Counted from the first letter of the stretch, positions 29,876-39,531 are shown. The stretch: DNA of 64,000 nucleotides from Candidatus Aenigmatarchaeota archaeon (GCA_026397315.1 JAPLVC010000007.1:102378-166377), one strand, 5' to 3'. The notes: generated from the letters alone by a model not told the origin. Program-made: numbers and translations.

Positions 29876-30811
29876 CTACCAAGTCCAGCCGAAGCATGCC
29901 TGCGGCTTCTTATCCTTGCATCTGCGGATGCGCTTCTTTCTGTGTTCGAAACCTATCAGAACATTGGCCGCGATTATCAGGGCAGCGCCGATAAGCACGT
30001 TCTCAGGAACGGCTTCCGCCAGGACGACGAAAGCGATGGCTATGGCCGAGAGCGGCTCGATGAGGGTAGATATTATCACTGAGTCGTGCGCCCTCACGAT
30101 CTTCAGACCCTCTGCGTAGAATATGTATCCCAGGAAGCTCGAGACAGCGATGCCTGCGATGAAAAGCGGCACTGAGCCTGATGGCGTGAAAGTGAACTGT
30201 TCGAAAGGCATGAACAGTAATAACAACAAACCACCTATGAGAAGCGGCCAGAACGTCACTTTCCAGTAAGGCATACCCTTGCTCTCGAAGTAGCGCATGA
30301 ACACGATGAACACGGAGTAGCCGATGCCTGCAACAAGCGCGAGCAGGTTGCCTAACACGCTGGACGCCACGTTTATCTCCGGGCCGTATATGGCTACTAT
30401 GCCGCATATTATCAGCGCGTTCGCGACGATATCCTTTCTGGTAATCTTCTCTTTAAGGAAAACATACGAGAGTATCGATGTCGCGATGGGGTAGACGTAA
30501 ACGAGCGCGACCGCGTTGGCGACTGGAATGTAGGAGAAGGATTTTATGTAAAAGCCGAAGCCGATGGTCACGCCGAAAAAGCCGGCCGCGAGGAAAAGGG
30601 GAATGTCGCTTTTCTTTATGCCAAGATTCTGCCTGGTGTTTATTTTTTTGGAAAGTATGATGAGCGCGAGAATCATGGCGGCTGAGAAAATCGTCCTTAG
30701 AATGGTCAGCATGAATGGCGAGACGCTCGCACCCACGAGCTTCGCCCAGATGCCGGTCGTGCCCAGCAGTATTCCGGTGATGACGAGGTAAAACGTGCCC
30801 TTCATATTCAA
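29876..30811 (-). CDS. DMT/EamA family transporter
   Basis: About 10 TM helices in two EamA repeats (FLKEKIT; LIEPLSA). Confidence 0.88.
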   Translation of the reverse strand: MNMKGTFYLVITGILLGTTGIWAKLVGASVSPFMLTILRTIFSAAMILALIILSKKINTRQNLGIKKSDIPLFLAAGFFGVTIGFGFYIKSFSYIPVANAVALVYVYPIATSILSYVFLKEKITRKDIVANALIICGIVAIYGPEINVASSVLGNLLALVAGIGYSVFIVFMRYFESKGMPYWKVTFWPLLIGGLLLLLFMPFEQFTFTPSGSVPLFIAGIAVSSFLGYIFYAEGLKIVRAHDSVIISTLIEPLSAIAIAFVVLAEAVPENVLIGAALIIAANVLIGFEHRKKRIRRCKDKKPQACFGWTW

Positions 30812-30853
30812 AGCCTATACTTTTAATTTCCGCGCGCAATAATTAATGCTATT

Positions 30854-31411
30854 ATGATGCAGGTTTATTTCGCGACCGGCAACAAGAACAAGTTCAAAGA
30901 GGCTGCCATGATTTTCGGCCCAAGCCTCAGGCAGAAGAAAGTGGACGTGCAAGAAATCCAATCTCTCGACGTCAGGAAGGTCACGGAAGCGAAGGCGAAG
31001 GCTGCTTTTGAAAAAGTTAAAAAGCCCGTGATTGTCGAGGACACGGCACTATACATAAACTCATGGACAGGCCTGCCAGGACCGCTTATAGCTTGGTTCG
31101 TGAAGAGCATGGGAATCGAGAAGTTATGCAAGCTCGCCGGCCCGGACAGGACGGCGAGAGCCGAGGCGTGCGTAGCCTACTACGACGGCAGGAACATGAA
31201 AGTCGTCTCAGGCTCCATAAACGGCAGGATAGCCTTCGTCCCGAGGGGTGAGGACAGGTTCGACTGGGACAGGATTTTCATCCCGGAGGGCCACGGCAAA
31301 ACGTTCGCCGAGATGACGCTCGAGGAAAAGAACCGCATATCGCACAGGATGAAGGCGTTTTCGCAGATGAGGAAATACTTGCGGTCGATGGCGAGAAAGA
31401 AAGGCTTTTGA
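30854..31411 (+). CDS. Non-canonical purine NTP pyrophosphatase (HAM1/RdgB)
   Basis: FATGNKNK, VEDTAL, GLPGP, FDWDRIF and EKNRISHR motifs. Confidence 0.95.
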   Translation: MMQVYFATGNKNKFKEAAMIFGPSLRQKKVDVQEIQSLDVRKVTEAKAKAAFEKVKKPVIVEDTALYINSWTGLPGPLIAWFVKSMGIEKLCKLAGPDRTARAEACVAYYDGRNMKVVSGSINGRIAFVPRGEDRFDWDRIFIPEGHGKTFAEMTLEEKNRISHRMKAFSQMRKYLRSMARKKGF

Positions 31412-31424
31412 GCGCACGCAACGG

Positions 31425-31432
31425 TTTTAAAA
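31425..31432 (+). promoter_or_regulatory. TATA box (TTTTAAAA), representative of several boxes about 20-22 nt upstream of ATGs, implying leaderless transcripts
   Basis: Same box at 23967, 24726, 26635, 50953 and 58675 at similar spacing to start codons. ACGG precedes the 24726 and 31425 copies. Confidence 0.6.
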
Positions 31433-31454
31433 TTTTCGGCCATATTATCATTCT

Positions 31455-32609
31455 ATGAAAACCGAAAAGACGGCCAGACCTTTCGCTCTCGTATATCTTC
31501 TGCTGGCCTGCATACTGGGCGGCATAATCGGTTCAGTTGTCACTCTTTTGGTTTTGTCCCCGGAGGTTTTCTCCAATACACAGCAAGTCGCTGGCGGTGT
31601 AACCCAGACCATTTATTCGGGCCAGACCATACAGATGGAAAACAGGATAACAGGCTTATTCGACGAGAACAAGGAGTCCGTCGTTTTCATCAACTCCGTG
31701 ATATACACGCAAACCATATTTGGCATCGCCCAGTCGGAAGCGTCAGGCTCCGGCTTTATCGTCTCCGACGACGGCTACATAGTCACCAACGACCACGTGG
31801 TCGCCGATGCGACGAACATAACAGTCACGCTAGCGACTGGCGAGGAGTTCAAAGCGACAATTAGAGGCGCGGACCCGCTCAACGATGTTGCAGTCATAAA
31901 GATAAATCCAAGCAAGACCCTCAGGCCGGTCGTGATAGGCGATTCCGACAACGTCAGGGCCGGCGAATTTGTCGTCGCGATAGGCAGCCCATTCAGGCTG
32001 CAGAACACGGTGACGCTTGGCATTGTTTCCGCCCTGAACAGGACGCTTGAATCGGAAGGGGGGTTTGTGATAGAAAAGGTCATACAGACGGACGCGGCAG
32101 TCAATCCGGGCAATTCAGGAGGACCGCTGCTCAGCCTCGATGGCAAGGTCATAGGCATAAACACTGCGATAATCTCGCAGTCCGGCGGCTCTGAGGGTAT
32201 CGGATTCTCGATACCGATAAACACTGTGAAGAAGATATACACCGAGATAATAGAAAGCGGCAAGGTCAAGAGGCCATGGCTCGGCATAACCGGTTCTGAC
32301 GTGACGAGTGAGATGGTCAGAGTGTGGGACCTGAAAGTTGATTACGGCGTTGTCATAGTCGACTTCGCTGACAACAGCCCGGCCAAGAAAGCGGGGCTAG
32401 TGGAAACCATGTCGAGACCCGGGAAGCCTGACTTCGTCCTTGGAGACATAATAGTCAGGATTGCCGGACAGAAAATAGAGGATAACGGCGGCCTTCTTAA
32501 CGTCCTGCTGAAATACAAGCCTGGCGACACCGTCGAAGTAGAGGTGTACAGGGACGGAGAATTCGTAAAAGCGAACGTTGCCCTGGGCGAAAGACCTGAA
32601 GGGCTTTAA
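31455..32609 (+). CDS. HtrA/DegP-like serine protease with PDZ domain
   Basis: N-terminal TM, GSGF, TNDHVV, QTDAAVNPGNSGGPL, and RPWLGI PDZ. Confidence 0.95.
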   Translation: MKTEKTARPFALVYLLLACILGGIIGSVVTLLVLSPEVFSNTQQVAGGVTQTIYSGQTIQMENRITGLFDENKESVVFINSVIYTQTIFGIAQSEASGSGFIVSDDGYIVTNDHVVADATNITVTLATGEEFKATIRGADPLNDVAVIKINPSKTLRPVVIGDSDNVRAGEFVVAIGSPFRLQNTVTLGIVSALNRTLESEGGFVIEKVIQTDAAVNPGNSGGPLLSLDGKVIGINTAIISQSGGSEGIGFSIPINTVKKIYTEIIESGKVKRPWLGITGSDVTSEMVRVWDLKVDYGVVIVDFADNSPAKKAGLVETMSRPGKPDFVLGDIIVRIAGQKIEDNGGLLNVLLKYKPGDTVEVEVYRDGEFVKANVALGERPEGL

Positions 32610-32635
32610 GCGATTTCTGTTAAGCAATTCGCGAT

Positions 32636-33058
32636 TCACAAATCCAAAAACATGAGACCGGTTTCCGCATCTTTTTTTCTATGAAGCTTGGCTTTCAGCG
32701 GGGTGAAAATTATCTCGCACATGGGGAAAACGCTCGCCTCGTTGAGATGCCCGCCGAAAGCGCGGAATTCAGAATCGGATAACACTATGTGCGCGTGTAT
32801 CTTCAATTTTCCTTCGGACATTGAAACGTTGCCTTTCAGGCTGACGACTTCGTAAGGCGGCTTGTCCAGAACGCGCGCGTGGTATTTCCTGTCCCTGATA
32901 TCGTAATAAGCCACGTCAATTTTCGCGACGCCGCCGATGCCGGAAAGCGAGCCGGCTTTTATTTTCTCTTTCGCGCAGAAGCGCGTGAGCGCCTCGATTA
33001 TGCCATCGCCTTTCTCAAGCAGAATAACATATGCGTTCCCTGATTTTTTGTATTTCAT
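32636..33058 (-). CDS. PPC (DUF296) domain protein
   Basis: GIGG, EVVSLKGN, HAHIVL and FGGHL motifs. Start at ATG 33058 after GAGAGG. Confidence 0.9.
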   Translation of the reverse strand: MKYKKSGNAYVILLEKGDGIIEALTRFCAKEKIKAGSLSGIGGVAKIDVAYYDIRDRKYHARVLDKPPYEVVSLKGNVSMSEGKLKIHAHIVLSDSEFRAFGGHLNEASVFPMCEIIFTPLKAKLHRKKDAETGLMFLDL

Positions 33059-33105
33059 TGCCTCTCGGAAGTCAGGAGCGAACATCGTGAGCGACGATGG
33101 CTCCA

Positions 33106-33137
33106 TTTTCGCTTAAGCCTTTTTGAAAAAGGCTTAC
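33106..33137 (-). repeat. 32-bp palindromic element immediately 3' of tRNA-Arg
   Basis: + strand TTTTCGCTTAAGCCTTTTTGAAAAAGGCTTAC, 31/32 identical to 43085-43116. Followed on the minus strand by a second hairpin, GGAGCCATCGTCGCTCACGATGTTCGCTCC. Confidence 0.9.
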
Positions 33138-33138
33138 A

Positions 33139-33279
33139 TGAGCCCGGAGGGATTCGAACCCCCAACCTCTCGGTTTCTTCTGTTAAGAGCCGAAGCCGAG
33201 CGCTCTTTCCGAAGCCTGCGGTTTTTCCGCAAGCGCTTTTGCCGCGGCAAAAGGGCTTATCCGGTTGAGCTACGGACCC
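33139..33279 (-). tRNA. tRNA-Arg(UCG) with two introns: D-loop 20a/21 (33207-33258, 52 nt) and canonical 37/38 (33175-33189, 15 nt)
   Basis: Removing both introns gives the cloverleaf GGGTCCG TA GCTC AACCGGATA GAGC G CTCGG CTTCGGA CCGAG AGGTT GGGGG TTCGAAT CCCTC CGGGCTC A. Both junctions fold as bulge-helix-bulge. A20 Arg identity element present. Confidence 0.9.
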
Positions 33280-33396
33280 GTTCTAGCGAAAGACATGTGC
33301 CAAGCACATGTCAACCTACTTTATTGTATTCGCAACAAAATAAAAAGCTAAAGCCGGTCAGAGCCAGTGCAGTTTCCGCATGTTAACGGAAACCTT

Positions 33397-33936
33397 TCAC
33401 CGGTATACCAGTTCGCTTCTGACCTTTTCGGCCTGACTGCTGCCTAAAAGCATCTTGACTATTTCCAGCGCGAAATCTATCGACGTGCCAGGACCCTGCG
33501 ACGTTATTATGTGGCCGTCTGTCACGACGTTTGCCGTTCTCGGGCGGGGGACGTCTCTCTCCATGCCCGGGTAAATGGTCGCCCTCTTGTCGTCGAGGAT
33601 GCCCATCTTGGCGAGAATCGACGGCGAAGCGCATATGGCGGCTATCATTTTCTTCGACTTGTCCAGATCGTTGATTATCTCAATGATCTTCTTCGATTTG
33701 CCCAGATTTATGTAGCCCGGGTTGCCGCCTGGCAGGACGATGCCGTCGAGGCTCTTTTGGTCGATCTCATCGACTCTTTTGTCGGTGACTACTTTCACCC
33801 CAGAGCGTCCCTTCACAATCGTTCCCGGCAAACCAGCGACGATGACGTCGATGCCTGCTCTTTTGAGCACGTCGATAGCGGCCATGGCCTCAAGCTCTTC
33901 GAAACCCTCGGCAAGCGGAACAAGAACCCTTTTCAT
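33397..33936 (-). CDS. DJ-1/ThiJ/PfpI family protein
   Basis: GFEELE, LPGG, AAICASP and TSQGPGT motifs. Confidence 0.93.
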   Translation of the reverse strand: MKRVLVPLAEGFEELEAMAAIDVLKRAGIDVIVAGLPGTIVKGRSGVKVVTDKRVDEIDQKSLDGIVLPGGNPGYINLGKSKKIIEIINDLDKSKKMIAAICASPSILAKMGILDDKRATIYPGMERDVPRPRTANVVTDGHIITSQGPGTSIDFALEIVKMLLGSSQAEKVRSELVYR

Positions 33937-34107
33937 AACATAACACCCCTTTCCGTCGATTTTGTCGAATTACGACTGACACCGGCTTATATAATTAAAA
34001 GGTCCCGGAGCTTTATAAACAAACTATTTATATATAGAAGTTAAAATAATTGAATAATCCGAAATGCGCAAATTGCGTTTAATCATATTTAATCGAGGAG
34101 GTTTGAA

Positions 34108-34812
34108 ATGCAACCTACACCGCCTAATTACATGGCATATGACAGGACGATTGTCGTCTATTCACCCGACGGAAGGCTCTTGCAGGTCGAATATGCAAGG
34201 CAGGCCGTTAAGCGTGGAAGCACGGCAGCAGGTTTGGTCGTGAACAACGGCGTGTTACTTGGAGCTACGAAATCGTCAGCTCCTCTGAGCGTCAGCGATT
34301 CGTACAAGAAGATTTTCGCAATCGACGATCACATAGGCATAGTCGGTTCAGGGATACTGGCGGACGCAAGATACCTTGTGGAGATAGCGAGGGTCAAGTC
34401 GCAGATAAACAGGATTACATACGGCGAACCTGTTTCAGTACAGACGGTAGCCAAGTCCCTGGCGAACCACAAGCACATGGCGACACAATACGCGGGTTTG
34501 AGGCCGTTCGGCATAGGCCTGCTCGTTGGCGGAGTCGACAGCACAGGCGCCAACTTGTATGAAACTGACCCGTCCGGCACCATGCTGCAGTGGAAAGCCC
34601 AGGCAATAGGCCGCGGTTCAGAGAAGGCGAAGAAAGTCCTCAATTCCGGCTACAAGAAAGGCATGTCCGTGAAAGAGGGACTTAAGCTTCTTGTGAAGGC
34701 GCTGAAAGCGGGCGAGAAAAGCTTACCGAAAGAAGGCATCGAAATCGCTGTGATCACAGAAAGCGGCATGAAGAAGATTTCTCCGGGCGAGTTCGACAAG
34801 CAGGAAGAGTAA
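34108..34812 (+). CDS. psmA: Proteasome subunit alpha
   Basis: YDRTIVVYSPDGRLLQVEYA, RPFG and TDPSG motifs. Confidence 0.96.
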   Translation: MQPTPPNYMAYDRTIVVYSPDGRLLQVEYARQAVKRGSTAAGLVVNNGVLLGATKSSAPLSVSDSYKKIFAIDDHIGIVGSGILADARYLVEIARVKSQINRITYGEPVSVQTVAKSLANHKHMATQYAGLRPFGIGLLVGGVDSTGANLYETDPSGTMLQWKAQAIGRGSEKAKKVLNSGYKKGMSVKEGLKLLVKALKAGEKSLPKEGIEIAVITESGMKKISPGEFDKQEE

Positions 34813-34850
34813 GTGCCAGTGTACAGGCGGAAGTTGCAGAAAGTGGTTCT

Positions 34851-35555
34851 ATGGTTTCTGTTGAAGATGCAGTCATAGCTCGGATTACGAAGGCCGGCAT
34901 GAACTTCGAGATCCTCGTCGACCCAGACAAAGCTCTCGAGTTCCGCCGCGGCAAGGAAATCGACATAACCGACATGCTTGCCGTATCCGAGATTTACAAG
35001 GACTCGAAAAAGGGCGATCGGCATTCTGCTGAAGAGCTGCAAAAGGCCTTCGGAAAAGCGAGCATCTGGGACATCGCGAAACTCATACTCAAGGAAGGCC
35101 ACATACAGCTCACGACCGAGCAGAGAAGTAGGATGGTCGAGGAGAAGAAGAAGGAAATCGCTAGCTACATAGCCAGACAGGGCATGGACCCGCGCACCAA
35201 GATGCCGCATCCGCTCACCCGCATCATGAACGCAATCGCCGAGGCGCGCGTCATAATAGACCCTTTCAAACCGGCGAAAGACCAGGTAAAAATCGTCCTG
35301 GACAAGCTGCAGGAAATCATACCCATCTCTCTCGAAAGGATAGAAGTGGCTATACGCGTGCCCATTGAATTCGCTGGTAAGGCGAATTCCATCGTCCGCG
35401 AGATAACTGACGTCAAGAACGAGGAATGGACTAATGTTGCATGGATTGCATTGATAGAAATACCCGCAGGAATGCAGAGCGACATATACGACAAACTGAA
35501 CAAGCTCACGTCCGGCAGGGTTGAAGTCAAAATAGTTAAGGAGCACAAGATATAG
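34851..35555 (+). CDS. Ribosome maturation factor SBDS/Sdo1
   Basis: FEILVDP, QLTTEQR and DPRTKMPHP motifs; superoperon position. Confidence 0.95.
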   Translation: MVSVEDAVIARITKAGMNFEILVDPDKALEFRRGKEIDITDMLAVSEIYKDSKKGDRHSAEELQKAFGKASIWDIAKLILKEGHIQLTTEQRSRMVEEKKKEIASYIARQGMDPRTKMPHPLTRIMNAIAEARVIIDPFKPAKDQVKIVLDKLQEIIPISLERIEVAIRVPIEFAGKANSIVREITDVKNEEWTNVAWIALIEIPAGMQSDIYDKLNKLTSGRVEVKIVKEHKI

Positions 35556-35566
35556 GTGATGTGAAT

Positions 35567-36475
35567 ATGGAAACTGAAAAGATAGAAATGGATGAAAGCA
35601 TACGCAAAGAACTTGAAGAAGACGTTATGGAAGAGATAAAGGCGATACAGGAAAAGGAGAATAACGGTTTTGACGAGAGCGATGAGCCGGCTTTCGAGAA
35701 GCAAGAAAGTCCGCACGCCGCGCCCTCGCATGTGCACGAGCAAATGCACTTGGCACATGAAAGAATGGAAGAGAAAAGGGAAGAATCGGTTAGACGGGGC
35801 AAGAACGTCGTCCTTCCTGGCGACAGGATCGTCGAATCGATGGAATACCTTCCGGGCAGGAACTGCTACCGCGACGGCAACTCGATTTATTCCAAGCGAC
35901 TGGGCGTCGTGTACTACCGAGGGCATGTGATAGATGTCGTCCCGCTTTCCGGCAAATACATGCCTGAAGCCGACGACATGGTAATCGGCAAAGTGTCCGA
36001 GGTCCAATACTCAGGATGGACGATAGACGTGAACTCGCCTTACAGGGCTTTTCTGCCGCTGTCGGGCGTGCGAGGTTTCATAGAGCCGTCCAGGACCGAC
36101 ATCTCGAAAATCTACGGGGTCGGCGACCTGATATACGCAAGAATCTCGGAAGTCACGCCGCTGAAGGACATCCGCATATCGATGAAAGACCCGAGCACCA
36201 GGAAATTCGAGAACGGCAGGATAATAAGGATTTCGCCTGTGAAAGTCCCTAGGGTCATCGGCAAACAGGGCTCGATGATAAACCTGATAAAGGACAAGAC
36301 GGGCTGCAGGATTTCCGTGGGCCAGAACGGAGTGATATGGATCCAGGGAGAGAAAGAGCAGCTTGCCGCCAGGGCTATACAGGAGATTGAGGAAAAGTCC
36401 CAGATACAGGGTCTGACTGACCACATAGGGAAACTTCTCAACCAGGAAACTCCATCTGCAGGAGTCAGGATTTAG
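35567..36475 (+). CDS. rrp4: Exosome subunit Rrp4 with acidic N-terminal extension
   Basis: VVLPGD, S1 domain, KH motif KVPRVIGKQGSM, and GQNGVIW. Confidence 0.93.
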   Translation: METEKIEMDESIRKELEEDVMEEIKAIQEKENNGFDESDEPAFEKQESPHAAPSHVHEQMHLAHERMEEKREESVRRGKNVVLPGDRIVESMEYLPGRNCYRDGNSIYSKRLGVVYYRGHVIDVVPLSGKYMPEADDMVIGKVSEVQYSGWTIDVNSPYRAFLPLSGVRGFIEPSRTDISKIYGVGDLIYARISEVTPLKDIRISMKDPSTRKFENGRIIRISPVKVPRVIGKQGSMINLIKDKTGCRISVGQNGVIWIQGEKEQLAARAIQEIEEKSQIQGLTDHIGKLLNQETPSAGVRI

Positions 36476-36481
36476 GAGGAG

Positions 36482-37189
36482 ATGATTATGACAACATACA
36501 AAAGAAACGACGGCAGGAAGCTTGACGAAACCAGGCCGATAAAAATGAAAGTCGGCGTGCTGAAGCACGCGGATGGTTCGGCGCTCGTCAGCATAGGCAA
36601 GACTGTCGCGCTAGCAGCCGTTTACGGACCCAGGGAACTGAACCCGCGCCACATGCAGGAAAGCGATCGCGCGATACTGCAGTGCAACTACACTATGGCG
36701 CCGTTCTCGACAAAGGAGCGCGTCCGCCCTGGTCCTTCGAGGAGGAGCACGGAAATTTCCAAGGTCACGCGCGAGGCGCTCGAGCCCGCGCTGTTCCTGA
36801 AGGACTTCCCGAAGACGACCATCGACTTGTATATCGTGATACTGCAGGCCAACGCAGGCACGAGGACGGCAGGCATAAACGCGGCCAGCCTGGCGCTAGC
36901 GGATGCAGGCATCCAGATGCGCGACCTTGTGACGTCGATAGCGGCGGGCAAGATAGAAGGCCATTACGTTATCGACTTGAACGGCGAAGAGGAAGAACTG
37001 ACGGACTGTGACCTTCCCATCGCATACATGCCGCGCGAGAAGAAATTCACTTTAATCCAGATGGACGGCAAGATAACAAAGGAAGACATGAAGAACGTCA
37101 TAAAGCTCGCGGTAAAAGGCTGCGAAACGCTTTACGAACACCAGCGCAAAGCGCTGCTGGAGAAATGGTCAAAGGAGGGATTTGAATGA
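36482..37189 (+). CDS. rrp41: Exosome subunit Rrp41
   Basis: RNDGRK, AVYGPRE, RRSTEISKV and ANAGTR motifs. Confidence 0.95.
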   Translation: MIMTTYKRNDGRKLDETRPIKMKVGVLKHADGSALVSIGKTVALAAVYGPRELNPRHMQESDRAILQCNYTMAPFSTKERVRPGPSRRSTEISKVTREALEPALFLKDFPKTTIDLYIVILQANAGTRTAGINAASLALADAGIQMRDLVTSIAAGKIEGHYVIDLNGEEEELTDCDLPIAYMPREKKFTLIQMDGKITKEDMKNVIKLAVKGCETLYEHQRKALLEKWSKEGFE

Positions 37190-37968
37190 ACATACAAACG
37201 AGCTACATAATTTCCCATCTCAGCAAGGGCATGAGGCTCGACGGCCGCAAGCCCGATGAGCACAGGAAAATCGAGATAGAGATAGGCCCAATAGAGCAGG
37301 CCGAAGGCTCCGCCCGCGTAAAATTAGGAGGCACGGAAGTCATAGCCGGAGTGAAGCTGGAGGTGAAGGAGCCGTTCTCCGACACGCCCAACGAGGGCGT
37401 TTTAATGGTGAACACGGAATTATCGCCGGTCGCTTCGCCGGAATTCGAGCTCGGCCCGCCGAGAGAGACTGCGATAGAACTCGCCCGCATAGTCGACCGC
37501 GGCATACGCGAGTCGCACTGCATAAACACCGAGAAGCTCTGCATAAAGGTAGGCGAGAAAGTCTGGATGGTCATGGTGGATATACAACCGCTCAGTCACG
37601 AAGGCAACCTGATAGACGCTTCGGGCATCGCTGCAATCGCGGCGCTAATGACAGCCAAGATGGTCAAATATGACGAGGCTGGGGACAAAGTCATCTACGA
37701 GAAGACGGATGAAAGCGTTCCCCTCGACGACATTCCAGTCCCCGTTACGTTCGGCATAATCGACGGCAAGCTTATCGTGGACCCGACACTCGAAGAGGAA
37801 GAGTCCATGGACGGCAGGCTCACGATAACGACGAACGAAGCCGGCGATGTCTGCGCCATGCAGAAAGGCGGGGCATGCTCGCTAACGTTTGAGCTGATAG
37901 AGCAGGCCGCGGAGATGTCGATAAAGAAAGGCAAGGAAATACGCGAACTGATAAGGCAAAGCTTATAA
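37186..37968 (+). CDS. rrp42: Exosome subunit Rrp42
   Basis: RLDGR, AEGSA, PFSDTP, ELARIVDRGIRES and QKGG motifs. Confidence 0.95.
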   Translation: MNIQTSYIISHLSKGMRLDGRKPDEHRKIEIEIGPIEQAEGSARVKLGGTEVIAGVKLEVKEPFSDTPNEGVLMVNTELSPVASPEFELGPPRETAIELARIVDRGIRESHCINTEKLCIKVGEKVWMVMVDIQPLSHEGNLIDASGIAAIAALMTAKMVKYDEAGDKVIYEKTDESVPLDDIPVPVTFGIIDGKLIVDPTLEEEESMDGRLTITTNEAGDVCAMQKGGACSLTFELIEQAAEMSIKKGKEIRELIRQSL

Positions 37969-38047
37969 GTATGCGAATGGAAACAATCAAAATCAAAAAC
38001 GTTCGCATGCTTAAAAAGCATAGCTGAAAAAAACGGAAAGTGATGCT

Positions 38048-38269
38048 ATGGGAAGAACAAAAAAAGTAGGCTCGACCGGAAGGTTCGGCGTCAGATACGG
38101 CAAGGGTGTAAAGAAGCGGTTTCTGAAAATAGAAACCGTGCAAAAACAGAAACACACGTGCCCGCGCTGCCTCAGGACGGGCCTGAAAAGGGTTTCATCG
38201 GGTATATGGCTGTGCGAGAGGTGCGGCATGAAATTCGCCGGCAAGGCTTACGAGCCCGGATCGAAGTGA
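38048..38269 (+). CDS. rpl37ae: 50S ribosomal protein L37Ae (eL43)
   Basis: TGRFGVRYG, CPRC...GIWLCERC and FAGKAY motifs. Confidence 0.96.
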   Translation: MGRTKKVGSTGRFGVRYGKGVKKRFLKIETVQKQKHTCPRCLRTGLKRVSSGIWLCERCGMKFAGKAYEPGSK

Positions 38270-38279
38270 GGCTGATTTT

Positions 38280-38435
38280 ATGGAAAGGAAGGATTATGGC
38301 TACAAGTGCCTTAACTGCGGCAAGCCCGTAGAGATAGACCTGCAGAAGGCGAAGAAGATCATCTGCCCTTACTGCGGTTACAGGATCCTCGAAAAAAGAA
38401 GGCCATCAATCGGCAGAAAGGTAAAAGCGAAGTGA
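38280..38435 (+). CDS. rpoP: RNA polymerase subunit P (Rpo12)
   Basis: Hand translation: MERKDYGYKCLNCGKPVEIDLQKAKKIICPYCGYRILEKRRPSIGRKVKAK. Not in ORF track. Confidence 0.93.
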   Translation: MERKDYGYKCLNCGKPVEIDLQKAKKIICPYCGYRILEKRRPSIGRKVKAK

Positions 38436-38440
38436 TTTCC

Positions 38441-38803
38441 ATGGAAAAGGACCAGACGTCTCAGATTCTCGGACAGGCGCAGCTTTACAGTCAGCAGATC
38501 CAGAATGTCGCCGCACAAAAGGCGGCCCTCACAATGGAGCTCAATGAAATAAAAAGAGCTCTGGAAGAGGTAAAGAAGACGAAAGAGAAGTTCGTCTACA
38601 AGCTTTCCGGGCCTATTCTCATCAAAGTCGATGCTCAGGAACTGGTAAAGGACTTCGAGGAAAAGGAAAACATGGTCAACCTGCGGCTGAAGACGCTGGA
38701 GAAGCAGGAGCTGAGGCTCAAGGAAAAAATCGAAGAGTTACGAACGCGCATGATAAAGGTCGCTCCATCTTCGAAAGACGATGAAGAGGAAAACGGGAGA
38801 TAG
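38441..38803 (+). CDS. pfdB: Prefoldin beta subunit
   Basis: Coiled coil with VYKLSGPILIK hairpin; conserved position after rpoP. Confidence 0.9.
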   Translation: MEKDQTSQILGQAQLYSQQIQNVAAQKAALTMELNEIKRALEEVKKTKEKFVYKLSGPILIKVDAQELVKDFEEKENMVNLRLKTLEKQELRLKEKIEELRTRMIKVAPSSKDDEEENGR

Positions 38804-38813
38804 GCTGATTTCT

Positions 38814-39065
38814 ATGGGCAAGATTGACAAGGCAATCGAACTTATCGAAGACATAATGAATGACCGCGGCGTGCCGAGGAATGTCAAGTCGTCGCTGGAA
38901 GCGTCGATAAAATCCATAAAGACCGAGAACGAAAGCGACGGAGTGAAAATTTCGACTCTCATCAGCGTACTCGACGAATCATCGAACGACACGAACATCT
39001 CGCTTTACGCGAGGACGAAAATCTGGGACGTCGTATCGAAGCTGGAAGAGCTCAGCAAAAACTAA
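38814..39065 (+). CDS. UPF0147 family protein
   Basis: DRGVPRNV, LDESSNDTNI and RTKIW motifs. Confidence 0.88.
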   Translation: MGKIDKAIELIEDIMNDRGVPRNVKSSLEASIKSIKTENESDGVKISTLISVLDESSNDTNISLYARTKIWDVVSKLEELSKN

Positions 39066-39180
39066 GCGCAGTCGCCAAAAAGCGTTGTGCGCCTTTCGCT
39101 TCTTCCAACTAATCTTTTTAAGTCTTTTCGTAACTATATAATTATCGTTATTGATGGTTTAATCGCGGGAGGGATTTGAT

Positions 39181-39531
39181 ATGGTGCTTGAAAAACTCAG
39201 AAAGAGCTTATCAAGGGATATGGATTCAGACGACATTCCGAAGGAAGAGTTCATAGAGGTCGGCGTCGAGGAAGCGAAGATGCATGGCAAGATCGGCATA
39301 TCCATCGAGAAACTGGACGACTTCGCGGACACGGACAGGGTTCTGAAAGTCGTGCGCGAGGGATCCCTGGTCTTTCTTAAGATAAAGACGCTTAAAGAGA
39401 AGGACTTGGGCGAGCTCAAGAGAGCGGTCGAGAAGCTGAAGAAAACCGTCCTCGCTCAGAACGGCGAGATAATCGGCGTCGAGCAGGACTGGCTGATTCT
39501 CGCGCCAGAGCATGCCAGAGTGATGAGGTAA
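39181..39531 (+). CDS. sepF: Cell division protein SepF (archaeal)
   Basis: Amphipathic N-terminus, VREGSLV, and GEIIGV..WLILAP. Confidence 0.8.
   Translation: MVLEKLRKSLSRDMDSDDIPKEEFIEVGVEEAKMHGKIGISIEKLDDFADTDRVLKVVREGSLVFLKIKTLKEKDLGELKRAVEKLKKTVLAQNGEIIGVEQDWLILAPEHARVMR

Noticed and set aside
33106-33137. 32-bp repeat as a CRISPR repeat
   Set aside because: Copies are about 10 kb apart with no spacer array and no cas genes.
33059-33386. ORF-track N-terminal extension of the PPC gene and ORF 33123-33386
   Set aside because: These overlap the hairpin element and tRNA-Arg; spurious.
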